Notes: generated by a model from the sequence alone, not told the origin. A stretch of DNA of 64,000 nucleotides from an uncultured Collinsella sp. (GCA_902489665.1 CABUAT010000005.1:17864-81863), one strand, 5' to 3'. Counted from the first letter of the stretch, positions 34,538 to 44,449 are shown. A program made the numbers and translations.

Positions 34538-34737
34538 AACCTACTATTTAGGGATGTTTATTTTGGCAGGTTTTATCTACGGAAACGCCATGACAGCCGC
34601 GCCGTAATAAACCCTGTGCCGCCATACATATGCAGCGCCCCAAAGGGGGCCGACCTCATTGCAACCCGAGGCTGGCCCCTTTGCCGTTTTACCCGATAAA
34701 ACCTGCCAAAATAAACCTCTCCCCCTTTGGTAGGCCA
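34537..34737. repeat. Composite palindromic element F: two inverted J-type hairpin modules flanking an H-type inner palindrome
   Basis: Arms are gtttattttggcaggttttatc (34556-34577) and gataaaacctgccaaaataaac (34695-34716). The inner palindrome is caaagggggcc (34641-34651) / ggcccctttg (34674-34683), with the loop gacctcattgcaacccgaggct. Confidence 0.75.
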
Positions 34738-34908
34738 AAGTGGATAAACCCTGCTCCCAACCGCCGAAGACACACGTAAGCGACATGTCCATGAGGGTAT
34801 AATTTGCACCGTATGTCTGCACAACGCCTGTGCACGTACGGTTTTATTCGGGCTACCGTCCATTTCCGTGGAGGCACGGTTCGGCGGCCCTAACAAGAGA
34901 GGGGTTCT

Positions 34909-35748
34909 ATGTATAAGATCCTGGAGAAGACGCAGTTCTCGGAGAAGGTGTTCAAGTTCCGCATCGAGGCGCCCGCAATCGCCAAGCATGCGCACGCTGG
35001 ACAGTTCCTCATGGTCCGCGCCAACGAGACGGGCGAGCGCGTCCCGTTTACCCTGGCCGGCTGGAACGGTGACGAGGGCTGGGTCGAGTTCATCTTCATG
35101 GTGATCGGCAAGACCACCGAGATGCTTTCCACCTACGAGGCCGGCGAGTCGCTGCGCGACGTCGTGGGCCCGCTGGGCGTTCCCACCGAGATGGCCGAGG
35201 GCCCCTGCGCCGTCATTGGCGGCGGCGTCGGCCTGGCAATTGCCTTCCCGGTCGCCAAGCACCTGGTCGAGACCGGTCACGAAGTTCACGCCATCATGGG
35301 CGCCCGCACCAAGGACCTCCTGCTCATGGAGGACCAGTTCCGCGAGCTCCTCGACGAGGACCACATCCACATCACCACTGACGACGGCTCCTACGGCGAG
35401 CAGGGCGTTGTCACCGCTCCGTTGGAGCGCCTGCTGCAGGACAAGGCCGTGAGCCAGGTCTTCTGCGTCGGCCCCGTTCCGATGATGAAGTTCTCGACCC
35501 TCACCGCCCAGAAATACGACACCCCCATCACCGCGTCCCTCAACCCCATCATGGTTGACGGCACCGGTATGTGCGGCTGCTGCCGCGTCGAGGTGGGCGG
35601 CGTGACCAAGTTCGCTTGCGTCGACGGCCCCGACTTCGATGCCACCCTGGTCGACTGGGATGACCTTCGTGCCCGCCAGGCCGCTTACCGTTCCGAAGAG
35701 GGCGAGTCCCTCAAGGCCTATGAGGAAAAGAGCTGCGCATGCCACTAG
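34909..35748 (+). CDS. nfnA: FAD/NAD-binding, 2Fe-2S subunit of NfnAB-type ferredoxin:NADP oxidoreductase (sulfide/dihydroorotate dehydrogenase-like)
   Basis: 279 aa with RVPFTLAGW, GGGVGLA and the C-terminal cluster motif GTGMCGCCRV...CVDGP. It overlaps the following GltD-like gene by 10 nt. Confidence 0.75.
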   Translation: MYKILEKTQFSEKVFKFRIEAPAIAKHAHAGQFLMVRANETGERVPFTLAGWNGDEGWVEFIFMVIGKTTEMLSTYEAGESLRDVVGPLGVPTEMAEGPCAVIGGGVGLAIAFPVAKHLVETGHEVHAIMGARTKDLLLMEDQFRELLDEDHIHITTDDGSYGEQGVVTAPLERLLQDKAVSQVFCVGPVPMMKFSTLTAQKYDTPITASLNPIMVDGTGMCGCCRVEVGGVTKFACVDGPDFDATLVDWDDLRARQAAYRSEEGESLKAYEEKSCACH

Positions 35749-37148
35749 TTAACGGTCGTTTCGTTGCCGATATGAAGTCGCCCCGCACCCCCGATAACGA
35801 GGAGCCGGCTGCCGAGCGCGCCTGCGACTTCCGCCCCGTCGACAAGGGCTTCACCGAGGAGATGGCGCTGGCCGAGGCCGAGCGCTGCCTCAACTGCAAG
35901 AAGCCGTTCTGTGTTGAGGGCTGCCCCGTCAACATCAACATCCCCCGCTTTATCGAGCAGATCCGCGCGAAGGACTTCGGCGGCGCTCTCGATACCATCC
36001 GCGAGGACTCCATGCTTCCCGCCATCTGCGGCCGTGTCTGCCCGCAGGAGAACCAGTGCGAGGGCAAGTGCATCCGTGGTAAAAAGTCCGAGCCCGTGGC
36101 CATCGGCCAGCTCGAGCGCTTCCTGGGTGATCGCCCCGAGCTCGCCTCCACGCCCAAGATGGCCCCCAAGAACGGCAAGAAGGTCGCCGTCGTCGGCTCC
36201 GGCCCGTCCGGCATCACCTGCGCCGGCGAGCTCGCCCGTAACGGCTTTGACGTTACCGTCTTCGAGGCCTTCTTCACCGGCGGCGGCGTGCTGGTCTACG
36301 GCATCCCCGAGTTCCGTCTGCCCAAGGCGGTCGTCAAGCGCGAGATTGACGGCCTGGAGGACATGGGCGTCAAGTTTGAGTACAACTCCGTCGTGGGCAA
36401 CATGGCCACGGCCGAGGAGCTGTTCGAGCAGGGCTTCGACGCCATCTACGTGGCGACCGGCGCTGGCCTGCCCAAGTTCCTCAACGTCCCCGGCGAGAAC
36501 CTGCCCAACGTCTTCTTCGCGAACGAGTACCTCACCCGCGTGAACCTGATGAAGGCCAACAAGTTCCCCGAGTACGACACCCCCACCAAGCACGGCAAGA
36601 ACGTCGTTGTCTTTGGTGGCGGCAACGTGGCTATGGACGCCGTCCGTACCGCCAAGCGCCTGGGCGCCGAGCACGCCATCATCGCCTACCGCCGTACCGA
36701 GGACGAGATGCCCTGCCGTCGCGCCGAGCTGCACCACGCTAAGGCCGAGGGCGTCGAGGTTCTGCCGCTCGTCTCCCCGCTCGAGTTTGTCGCTGGCGAG
36801 GACGGCTCCGTGTGCGCCGTCAAGGTCCAGAAGATGGAGCTCGGCGAGCCCGACGAGTCCGGCCGTCGTCGCCCGGTGCCCATCGAGGGCGCCATCGAGG
36901 AGATTCCCTGCGACGTCGCAATCTCGGCTATCGGCACCAACGCCAACCCCTTCGCTGCCAAGATCGGCGGCAAGATGGAGCTCAACAAGTGGGGCTACAT
37001 CGTTGCCGACGAGGAGACCGGCCAGACCACCGATCCCCGCATCTGGGCCGGCGGCGACATCGTCACCGGTGCTGCTACGGTCATTCTGGCGATGGGCGCC
37101 GGCAAGAAGGCCGCCGCTTCCATCACCAAGAGCCTGCTGGGCGAGTAA
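35739..37148 (+). CDS. nfnB: NADPH-dependent glutamate synthase small-chain-like subunit (GltD/NfnB)
   Basis: 469 aa with EAERCLNCKKPFCVEGCPVNINIP, VAVVGSGPSGITCAGELA and VVVFGGGNVAMD. Confidence 0.8.
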   Translation: MPLVNGRFVADMKSPRTPDNEEPAAERACDFRPVDKGFTEEMALAEAERCLNCKKPFCVEGCPVNINIPRFIEQIRAKDFGGALDTIREDSMLPAICGRVCPQENQCEGKCIRGKKSEPVAIGQLERFLGDRPELASTPKMAPKNGKKVAVVGSGPSGITCAGELARNGFDVTVFEAFFTGGGVLVYGIPEFRLPKAVVKREIDGLEDMGVKFEYNSVVGNMATAEELFEQGFDAIYVATGAGLPKFLNVPGENLPNVFFANEYLTRVNLMKANKFPEYDTPTKHGKNVVVFGGGNVAMDAVRTAKRLGAEHAIIAYRRTEDEMPCRRAELHHAKAEGVEVLPLVSPLEFVAGEDGSVCAVKVQKMELGEPDESGRRRPVPIEGAIEEIPCDVAISAIGTNANPFAAKIGGKMELNKWGYIVADEETGQTTDPRIWAGGDIVTGAATVILAMGAGKKAAASITKSLLGE

Positions 37149-37176
37149 TCACCTGCAGCGCTAGCCACCAAACGGC

Positions 37177-37215
37177 AAAGTCCCCGTCGAGCACACGCCC
37201 GGCGGGGACTTTTTT
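37177..37215 (+). terminator. Intrinsic terminator after nfnB
   Basis: aaagtccccg-loop-cggggactttttt. Confidence 0.7.
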
Positions 37216-37232
37216 CTATGCCAGTCGACCGA

Positions 37233-37266
37233 CCACCACAAAGGTGCCTGTGCCCCTTTGTGGTGG
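37233..37266 (-). terminator. Hairpin after the cytidylate-kinase-like gene
   Basis: ccaccacaaagg-loop-cctttgtggtgg, 12-bp perfect arms. Confidence 0.5.
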
Positions 37267-37283
37267 TTCTCGCTCGGCTGCGG

Positions 37284-37907
37284 TTAGCCCTCGAGCTGTG
37301 CCAGCTTGTAGCGGTAGGCCGCCGCGATGACGTCTTTGCAGCCCTCGCGGCCCAGCTTAGCGCGGTTGACGACGATGTCCTTACCGCTCGTCATCTTCCA
37401 CTTTCCGGCGCTATAGCGCTTATAGAACGCCTCGCGCGCCTTCTGCTGCTGCTTGACCAGCTTGGCGCCTTTCTTTTTGTTAAGTCCGCGCTTCTTGCGC
37501 ACGATTTCGACGCGGTCCTCAAAGGGTGCGGTCACCAACACGGCAATGTGGTTGGGGTTGTTACGCAGCAGGTAATCGGACAGACGGCCTTCGATAATGC
37601 AGCTCTCGGTCTCGCCCAGGTCCAAAATCACCTGGCTCATCTTTTGGAACAACTTATCCGAGTACGAGCGCGCGTCGTAGCGGTCGGGCAAAAACGCCAT
37701 GTTCTCCACAGCCAGGCGCTCGTCGTAGGCGGCCATCTTATCGAGCGACTCGCCCGTGCGCAGCGACGCACGCACCAGCAGCTCGTTGTCATACAGCGGA
37801 ATCCCCAACTCGTCGGCAAGCATGCGACCAATCTCGTGGCCCTCGGCGCCAAAGTCGCGCGCGATGGTAATGACCACAGGATTCTTCTTATTCTCCAGAT
37901 CGCTCAT
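37284..37907 (-). CDS. Cytidylate kinase-like family protein
   Basis: ORF 37284-37952. The likely start is the ATG at 37907 (MSDLENKK...) with RBS GAAAGGA. The 37910-37950 segment is a hairpin (caaaggg-acagc-ccctttg). The motif ITIARDFGAEGHEIGRMLADELGIPLYDNELL is present. Confidence 0.65.
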   Translation of the reverse strand: MSDLENKKNPVVITIARDFGAEGHEIGRMLADELGIPLYDNELLVRASLRTGESLDKMAAYDERLAVENMAFLPDRYDARSYSDKLFQKMSQVILDLGETESCIIEGRLSDYLLRNNPNHIAVLVTAPFEDRVEIVRKKRGLNKKKGAKLVKQQQKAREAFYKRYSAGKWKMTSGKDIVVNRAKLGREGCKDVIAAAYRYKLAQLEG

Positions 37908-37955
37908 CGCGATTCCTTTCTCTATGTGACAAAGGGGCTGTCCCTTTGCCACATT

Positions 37956-38594
37956 CTACGCTGCCACCATTCGCCTCTGATATGCGCGAACCAGCAGCGA
38001 GATACCAAAGTTGAGCACAAAGTACATCGCAAACACCAGGCCGTAGAGCATAAGCACCTGCGACAGGTCGATCGCGTGAGCCATCACAACGTTTGCCGTG
38101 TACATGAGCTCGGCCACGTTAATGCCCGAAAGATACGAGCTGTCCTTGATGACGGTCGTGCACTGGCTAAACAGCGCCGGGATGATCGTCTTAAACGTCT
38201 GCGGCAGAATGATGTAGCGCATGGTGGCAAAGAAGCCGAAGCCCTGGCTCTGCGCTGCCTCAAACTGGCCGCGCGGAATCGAGTTGAGGCCACCGCGCAC
38301 AATCTCGGCCATAACAGCGCTGGTAAACAGCGTAAAGGCGATGGTCGAAATCACAATGTCCAAACCCTGCACCGTAAAGTAGATAAACAGGATCCACAGC
38401 AGGTTCGGCGTGCAACGGAACAGCTCGATATAGGCGCTCACCAAAATACGGAACGGGCGGGGCGCATAGCTCTTAACGAGTGCCAGCACCGTGCCAAAGA
38501 TGAGCGAGAAAAAGATCGACAGCGCCGAGATCTCGATCGTCTTAACAAAGCCGCCCCAAATGTAGAGCAGGTTGGTCGCGTTGAAGATTTCCAT
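37956..38594 (-). CDS. Amino-acid ABC transporter permease
   Basis: 212 aa with the EAA-loop GQFEAAQSQGFGFFATMRYIILPQ. Confidence 0.85.
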   Translation of the reverse strand: MEIFNATNLLYIWGGFVKTIEISALSIFFSLIFGTVLALVKSYAPRPFRILVSAYIELFRCTPNLLWILFIYFTVQGLDIVISTIAFTLFTSAVMAEIVRGGLNSIPRGQFEAAQSQGFGFFATMRYIILPQTFKTIIPALFSQCTTVIKDSSYLSGINVAELMYTANVVMAHAIDLSQVLMLYGLVFAMYFVLNFGISLLVRAYQRRMVAA

Positions 38595-38597
38595 GCG

Positions 38598-39344
38598 CTA
38601 GGCCTCCTCTACGTTGTCGAGCCCCAGCTCGGCCAGGCTCACGCCGCGCGGACGCTCCTTGGAGCGGCGCTCGAGCCACTGCACCAGCATGGCGAGCGGA
38701 AAGCAGATGATGAAGTACATAAGGCAGCAGACGATGTATCCCTGCAGGTAACCGTACAGACTCACAAAGTTGTCGGAACGGTACATGAGGTCGCCGCCGG
38801 CCACAAGTGCCAGCACCGACGTGTTCTTGACCAGGTTGAGCGCCTGGTTACACAGCGGCGGCAGAATGATCTTGAATGTCTGGGGCAACACGATGTACCA
38901 GTACGCCTGCGCACGGGTGAAGCCCTGGCTCTGGGCCGCCTCCATCTGACCGCGCGGAACCGCCTCGATGCCAGTGCGGATGACCTCGGAAATGTAGGCC
39001 GCGTGATACAGGCCCACACCCAAGAAGCCCAACACGAACGGCGCGATGCGCACCGGCTGGTCGGAACCGGTTATGGCCTGCAAAAACTGCGGACCGGCCA
39101 TGTACATAAAGAGCACCTGCACGGGCAACGGGGTGTTCTGGTAAAACTCCACGTACACGCGGCTTATGGCGCGCAGCACGCGCGAGCGAGTGGTAGAGAA
39201 CACGCCCAGCAGCGTGCCCAGCACCAGCGACAGCAGCAGACCGGCAACGACCACCTGCAGCGTCACGCCAAAGCCCTCCCAGAAGGGCCCCATGTTTTGA
39301 AATGTCGTCGACCAACGGTCGGCGTCAAATAATCCTTCGAGCAT
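38598..39344 (-). CDS. Amino-acid ABC transporter permease
   Basis: Start at the ATG at 39344 (MLEGLFDAD) with RBS AAGGAAGG. The EAA-loop is GQMEAAQSQGFTRAQAYWYIVLPQ. Confidence 0.85.
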   Translation of the reverse strand: MLEGLFDADRWSTTFQNMGPFWEGFGVTLQVVVAGLLLSLVLGTLLGVFSTTRSRVLRAISRVYVEFYQNTPLPVQVLFMYMAGPQFLQAITGSDQPVRIAPFVLGFLGVGLYHAAYISEVIRTGIEAVPRGQMEAAQSQGFTRAQAYWYIVLPQTFKIILPPLCNQALNLVKNTSVLALVAGGDLMYRSDNFVSLYGYLQGYIVCCLMYFIICFPLAMLVQWLERRSKERPRGVSLAELGLDNVEEA

Positions 39345-39369
39345 TTGATTCCTTCCTTGGACGATGCGC

Positions 39370-40248
39370 CTATACAAGACCCCAGGTCTTGACCTCTTGG
39401 TCGAGCCAGCCGTCGGCCAGGCGATCGCAAATCACCTGATCGACCACGGCCGAAAGGTCGCAGCCCTTCTTGGTCGCCACGCCGTAGCCCTGCTCGCCAA
39501 ACTTGACCTCGGGCTGCAGCAGCTCAACGGTCTCGTTCATGTAACCGGCCAGCGTGGAGCGGTCCATGGCAAAGACGTCGATATTGCCGGCGTCGAGCGA
39601 ACTCTTGATGATGGGGTAGCCGCTAAAGGCCCTAAACTCGGGCTTGCAGCTAAAGCCGTTGTCCTTGATCATCTGCTCGATCAGGCCCTGCGTGGTGGCA
39701 CCCTGGCTCACGCCAATGACCTTGCCGTCCAAGTCCTCAATCGAGGTAAAGCCCGAACGCTTCTTGACCATGAGTCCCACGTAGTCGGTACGGTACGGCG
39801 TCGAGAAATCCCAGCTCTTCTTGCGCTCGTCGGTGATGGTGTAGGTCGCCGCAACCACATCGAGCTGGCCGTTATCGATCAGCGGGCCGCGCGTCTTGGG
39901 CGTTACATCGGTAAACTCGACAAGCTCCTGGGCGCGGGCATCCTTGTAGCTCACGCCAAAGACGGCAGCGGCGATCTGGTAGCACAAATCGACTTCCATG
40001 CCCTCAAAGCGGCCCTTGGCGGTGTCGTAATAGCCATAGCCGGGAACGTCCTTCTTAACGCCGGCATTTAGATGGCCACGCGACTTGATGGCCGCAAGCT
40101 TGGACCCCTTGTCGGAGCCCTCGCCGCTGGTGGAGTTGCCGCAACCGGTAAGCGCGGTCCCCGTCAGCGCAAGCATACCGGCGCCCGCCAGCTGCAAAAA
40201 GTGACGGCGCGACACGGCCGCCCTCGTCATATCCGTCATGTCCATCAC
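39370..40248 (-). CDS. Amino-acid ABC transporter substrate-binding lipoprotein (Tat-type signal)
   Basis: 292 aa with the twin-arginine signal SRRHFLQLAG and the lipobox LTGC. It has a family-3 solute-binding layout. Confidence 0.8.
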   Translation of the reverse strand: MMDMTDMTRAAVSRRHFLQLAGAGMLALTGTALTGCGNSTSGEGSDKGSKLAAIKSRGHLNAGVKKDVPGYGYYDTAKGRFEGMEVDLCYQIAAAVFGVSYKDARAQELVEFTDVTPKTRGPLIDNGQLDVVAATYTITDERKKSWDFSTPYRTDYVGLMVKKRSGFTSIEDLDGKVIGVSQGATTQGLIEQMIKDNGFSCKPEFRAFSGYPIIKSSLDAGNIDVFAMDRSTLAGYMNETVELLQPEVKFGEQGYGVATKKGCDLSAVVDQVICDRLADGWLDQEVKTWGLV

Positions 40249-40253
40249 CGCGC

Positions 40254-40985
40254 CTAGTGCAGAATCTTGGACAGGAACTCGCGGCAGCGCGGGTTCTCGG
40301 GGTTATCGAAGAAGTGCTCGGGCGTGCCCTCCTCCAGGATGCGGCCGTCCTCCATAAATATGACGCGGTCGGCCACCTGGCGCGCAAAGCCCATCTCGTG
40401 CGTCACGCAGATCATGGTGATGTCCTCCTGCGCGAGCTCAATCATAACGTCCAGAACCTCTTGGACCATCTCGGGGTCGAGCGCCGAGGTCGGTTCGTCA
40501 AACAGGATGATGGGCTGCTTGGTGCACAGGGCACGGGCGATGGCGATGCGTTGCTGCTGACCGCCCGAGAGATTCTGCGGATACTCGCCGGCCTTATGCG
40601 CCATGCCAACGCGCTTGAGCGCGGCGATGGCGACCTCGGTCGCCTCCTCCTTGCTCTTCTTTTGCAGCTTGATGGGCGCGAGCGTCAGGTTGCCGAGCAC
40701 CGTCATGTTGGGATACAGGTTGAACTGCTGAAACACCATGGAGCTATACTTGCGAGCCATCTCCAGGTGGTTCTTTTTGGTGAGCGGTGTACCGTCGATG
40801 ACGACCTCGCCCGACGTGGGCTCCTCCAGATAATCGACGCAACGGATGAGCGTCGACTTACCCGAGCCGGAAGGCCCGATCATTACGAGCTTCTCGCCGC
40901 GCTTGACGGTGAGATTGATATCTTTGAGCACATGCAGGTCGCCAAAGTACTTGTTGAGATGGTTGATCTCGATCATGTCTGCCAT
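40254..40985 (-). CDS. Amino-acid ABC transporter ATP-binding protein (GlnQ-like)
   Basis: 243 aa with [24 protein letters not shown] and [11 protein letters not shown]. Confidence 0.9.
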   Translation of the reverse strand: MADMIEINHLNKYFGDLHVLKDINLTVKRGEKLVMIGPSGSGKSTLIRCVDYLEEPTSGEVVIDGTPLTKKNHLEMARKYSSMVFQQFNLYPNMTVLGNLTLAPIKLQKKSKEEATEVAIAALKRVGMAHKAGEYPQNLSGGQQQRIAIARALCTKQPIILFDEPTSALDPEMVQEVLDVMIELAQEDITMICVTHEMGFARQVADRVIFMEDGRILEEGTPEHFFDNPENPRCREFLSKILH

Positions 40986-41097
40986 GAATGTCCCTTCCCT
41001 GCGTTTACACGAGTTGAACTATTGTACGGAAAGAATCACGTTTCCGCAGCCCACACTACATTCCCGTAAAGAACCCGCAACCTTCCACCTGCTCGTT

Positions 41098-41172
41098 GGC
41101 ACTCATTGGGGACAGACTTAAATGAGTACCTGCTCATTGGGCACTCATTTAAGTCTGTCCCCAATGAGTGCC
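41098..41172. repeat. Perfect 30-bp-arm palindrome (element G)
   Basis: ggcactcattggggacagacttaaatgagt (41098-41127), then a 15-nt loop, then actcatttaagtctgtccccaatgagtgcc (41143-41172). The loop acctgctcattgggc repeats the sequence just left of the element (acctgctcgttggc). Confidence 0.85.
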
Positions 41173-41241
41173 CGGCCAGCAAAAAGGGGCGCGACCATGA
41201 CGGCCACGCCCCCTCAACATCAACTATGTACCGCTCGGCCC

Positions 41242-41691
41242 CTACGCGAGCTTGGCGCCGACGATCTTTGCCGCGGCCGGCTTATCGAAGTTGCCGCCGG
41301 TGGCCTTGCCGAGTGCACCCATAACCTGGCCCATCTGCTTCTTGGACGTGGCACCCAGCTCGGCGATAACCTGCTCGATCAGGGCCTCGAGCTCCTCACC
41401 CGAAACCTGCGCGGGCAGCAGGCTCTCCAGAATCTTGACCTGCTCGGTCAGGTTGTCGGTACGCTCCTGGTCGGTGCCGGCCTTGATGGACATCTCCAGC
41501 GTCTCGCTCGTCTGCTTAATCAGACGCTTGATCATGCTGTTGACGTCTTCCTCGGTCACGTCGCGGCGCTCGTTAACCTCGATATTCTTCACCTCGGCCT
41601 TGACCTGGCGAATGATGGACAGGCGAACCTTGTCCTTGGCCTTCATGGCCGCGATCATTTCCTTCTGCAGCTCTTCGTTGGTCATCTGCAA
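41242..41691 (-). CDS. yqeY: GatB/YqeY domain protein
   Basis: 149 aa. The layout ...AMKAKDKVRLSIIRQVKAEVKN...KKQMGQVMGALGKATGGNFD is typical of YqeY. Confidence 0.8.
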   Translation of the reverse strand: MQMTNEELQKEMIAAMKAKDKVRLSIIRQVKAEVKNIEVNERRDVTEEDVNSMIKRLIKQTSETLEMSIKAGTDQERTDNLTEQVKILESLLPAQVSGEELEALIEQVIAELGATSKKQMGQVMGALGKATGGNFDKPAAAKIVGAKLA

Positions 41692-41739
41692 ATCCTCCTC
41701 AATAGCGTGGGCGGCACTCGCACGGGTACCGCCCCATGA

Positions 41740-42960
41740 TTACTCAGTTGTCGACGCGTCATCGGTCGAACTCTTGGTGACACCCTTCAGGCTCACGTTG
41801 TACGGCACGTCCTTGGGCATGGGGTTAACGGTGATGTCGGCGTCCTTCTTGTACTGCTCCAGCCACTCGCTGTACGCAGTGCTTGCCGCCTGCGTCTTCA
41901 CCACGTTGGAGACGTACTTCTTGATGTCCTTGGGCACCTGCTTAATGTCATCGACCTGATTATCGACATGGAAGTAGTCGGTGCACTTGATGATGTGGTA
42001 ACCATAGGTCGACTCGACGACGTCGCTCACATCGCCCTTGTTGAGCCCCTCGAGCGCCGCCTGGTAGCTGTCGACGAAGGTGGTGAGCTTGTCCCAGCCC
42101 ACATCGCCCTTCTTATCCTTGGAGCCGGTATCGTCGGAGTACTGCTTCACGGCGTCCTCAAAGCTCAGCTCGCCGGAGTTGATCTTGTCCAGGCACTCCT
42201 GCGCCTTGGCCTTGGCGGCGGCCTTGTCCTCGTCGGAAGCGTCGGAATCGACCTTGATCAGAATATTCGACGAGCGACGAGCGTCATTGTAGTTGGACAG
42301 GTTCTCGTTGATGTAATCGACAATCTCGCTGTCCTTGGGCTTGCTCGTGGGTGCTACCGCATCCTTGAGTTTCTGCTGCGCCAGGCTCTCCTTGAGCGAG
42401 TCCTTGTAGGTGTCCTCGTTGTAGCCATAGGTCTTAAGCGTCTTCTTAAAAGCCTTGGCGCCGCCGGCACTCTTGCAGGCGTCCTTCCAGGCCTTCTCGA
42501 CCTCCTCGTCCGAGACAGTCACGCCGTTTTCCTTCTGCGCTTGCTGAAGCAGAATCTGCTGCGTGTAGGAGTCGATGAGCTGCTTGCGATACTTCTTGGG
42601 CGTGAGGTCGTTATCGACCAGGTACTGCGCCCAGTCCTTGTCCTTGGTGTAGCCGTAGGACGTACGCATGCTCATGATCTGCTTGGTCACGGTGTCCTCG
42701 GTGAGGTTGGTGCCGTTGATAGTAGCAGCAACACCGCCAGTCAGCTTGTAGCCCGAGGTGTCCTCAGCCTGCGACATAAGGCCGGAGCACGCCATCGCCG
42801 AGACGGAAAGCAGCATCGCCAGCACGCCGATGACCACCAGAACGATCTTGACGGTCTTAGACACGTACGTCTTGCGCTGCTTCTTGCGAGAGCTGGAGGC
42901 AGCGCGAGCCTGCTGCTCGGGCGTCGGCGCGGCCTCGGAGTTCTTTTTCTTGTTTGCCAT
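41740..42960 (-). CDS. Membrane-anchored peptidyl-prolyl isomerase (parvulin/PrsA-SurA-like)
   Basis: ORF 41740-43059. The start is taken at the ATG at 42960 (MANKKKNSE...). It has one TM helix, a SurA-N-like region, and a PpiC rotamase segment (SSNILIKV...GDVGW...STYGYHIIKCTD). Confidence 0.75.
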   Translation of the reverse strand: MANKKKNSEAAPTPEQQARAASSSRKKQRKTYVSKTVKIVLVVIGVLAMLLSVSAMACSGLMSQAEDTSGYKLTGGVAATINGTNLTEDTVTKQIMSMRTSYGYTKDKDWAQYLVDNDLTPKKYRKQLIDSYTQQILLQQAQKENGVTVSDEEVEKAWKDACKSAGGAKAFKKTLKTYGYNEDTYKDSLKESLAQQKLKDAVAPTSKPKDSEIVDYINENLSNYNDARRSSNILIKVDSDASDEDKAAAKAKAQECLDKINSGELSFEDAVKQYSDDTGSKDKKGDVGWDKLTTFVDSYQAALEGLNKGDVSDVVESTYGYHIIKCTDYFHVDNQVDDIKQVPKDIKKYVSNVVKTQAASTAYSEWLEQYKKDADITVNPMPKDVPYNVSLKGVTKSSTDDASTTE

Positions 42961-43130
42961 AGTTGGCCTTTCGCATAACGAATCGAACAAACGCCATTGT
43001 GTCACAACGCGGCCCCCGCGGCACGCTTGGTGCATTGGGGACAGGTTAATCTGCACCATTTTGGTGCAAAGGGGACAGCTCTGGCAGCCGGCAGTTAGGG
43101 ACAGTCCCCAAGTGCCGGCTCAGCCCCACC

Positions 43131-43595
43131 TTAGAAGTGACGGCGGATGGCGTCGACCATGCCCTGGGGCGTGGTCTGGCCGAGCACGTCGGCTGCGGCA
43201 TCGGCGTCCATAAAGATGTTCATGAGCGCCTGCAGGGCCTCGACCTGACCGCCCGGCTCTGCGATGCCCAGATTGATGACGATCTGCGCCGGCACCGGAG
43301 CGCCCATGCCAGCCATAGCGTTAAATGTCACGGGCGCGGTGGGCTTCACCACCGCGATATAGGGCTTGGCCACAAACCCCGGATCGGTATGCGGAATGGC
43401 AATGTTTGCCGCCGGCATGGCAAGACCCGTGGGATAGGCATCCTCGCGCGTGCGAACGGCGTCGAGCCAACCGGATGCAATGTAGCCACGTGGTGCAAGC
43501 TCGCCCTCAAGCCGCGCGAACACCTCATCCGGCGTCGCACACTCCCAATCAAAAAACACCAGCTCAGGCGTAAACAGCGCTTCGTTATCCGCCAT
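43131..43595 (-). CDS. PTS EIIA (fructose/mannitol/Ntr type-2) domain protein, stand-alone
   Basis: 154 aa with the active-site region GLAMPAANIAIPHTD. No other PTS components lie nearby. Confidence 0.7.
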   Translation of the reverse strand: MADNEALFTPELVFFDWECATPDEVFARLEGELAPRGYIASGWLDAVRTREDAYPTGLAMPAANIAIPHTDPGFVAKPYIAVVKPTAPVTFNAMAGMGAPVPAQIVINLGIAEPGGQVEALQALMNIFMDADAAADVLGQTTPQGMVDAIRRHF

Positions 43596-43747
43596 GCGCT
43601 CACCTCTCTCATCTAGTCACCTGCGACGTTCTTGAATGACCAGTCGTTAAAGACCGTTCCCGATGACTACCCAAAACAAAAGGTGGCCACGCGCGCCTTG
43701 GCGCCAATGACCACCCTGACTACTCGGCTAAATTGTACTGTGCGCCG

Positions 43748-44449
43748 CTAGCCGCGAGGCGCGTCAATTGCGACCTTGCCGCTCTCCAGCACGTGGACGC
43801 GACCGTCGGCGAGCATCTGCACGACCTCGGGATACAGCACGTGCTCAATCGCGTGGATGTGCTCCTCGAGCGTATCGACGTCCCAGCCCTCCTCAACAGC
43901 CAGCGCGCGCTGGGCGATGATGGGGCCGTTGTCGTAGATCTCGTTGGCAAAATGCACGGTCACGCCAGTTACCTTGACGCCGCGCGCAAAGGCATCGTCA
44001 ATCGCATGCGCACCGGTAAAGCTCGGCAGCAGCGCCGGATGCAAGTTGACCACGCGGTTGGGAAACGCCGCCAGCAGCGGCGTGTGCACCATGCGCATGT
44101 AGCCGGCCATGACCACATACTCGCAGCCGCGTTCGAGCAGTTCGTGCGCGATGATCTCGTCGGCGGCGATGGGGTCGGCGTAGACATCCTTAGACAGCGT
44201 GAGCGTCTGGATGCCCGCGCGCTCAGCGCGCTGCAAACCCTTAGCCGAAGGACGGCTCGACACCACAAGCTCAATCGAAGCGTTGAGCTTGCCGGCGGCG
44301 ATCAGATCGATCAGCGCCTGCAGGTTGGTACCCGAACCGCTGATGAGCACACCGATCTTGAGCGGCTCGGCCGTATCGGTGCCGGTCGGACGGGTGTAGG
44401 GCACAAAGCCCAGGCTCGCGGCAGCAGCCATCTGCTCGTTAGCGCTCAT
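43748..44449 (-). CDS. purN: Phosphoribosylglycinamide formyltransferase
   Basis: GVLISGSGTNLQALID, VVMAGYMR and NLHPALLPSF. Confidence 0.9.
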   Translation of the reverse strand: MSANEQMAAAASLGFVPYTRPTGTDTAEPLKIGVLISGSGTNLQALIDLIAAGKLNASIELVVSSRPSAKGLQRAERAGIQTLTLSKDVYADPIAADEIIAHELLERGCEYVVMAGYMRMVHTPLLAAFPNRVVNLHPALLPSFTGAHAIDDAFARGVKVTGVTVHFANEIYDNGPIIAQRALAVEEGWDVDTLEEHIHAIEHVLYPEVVQMLADGRVHVLESGKVAIDAPRG

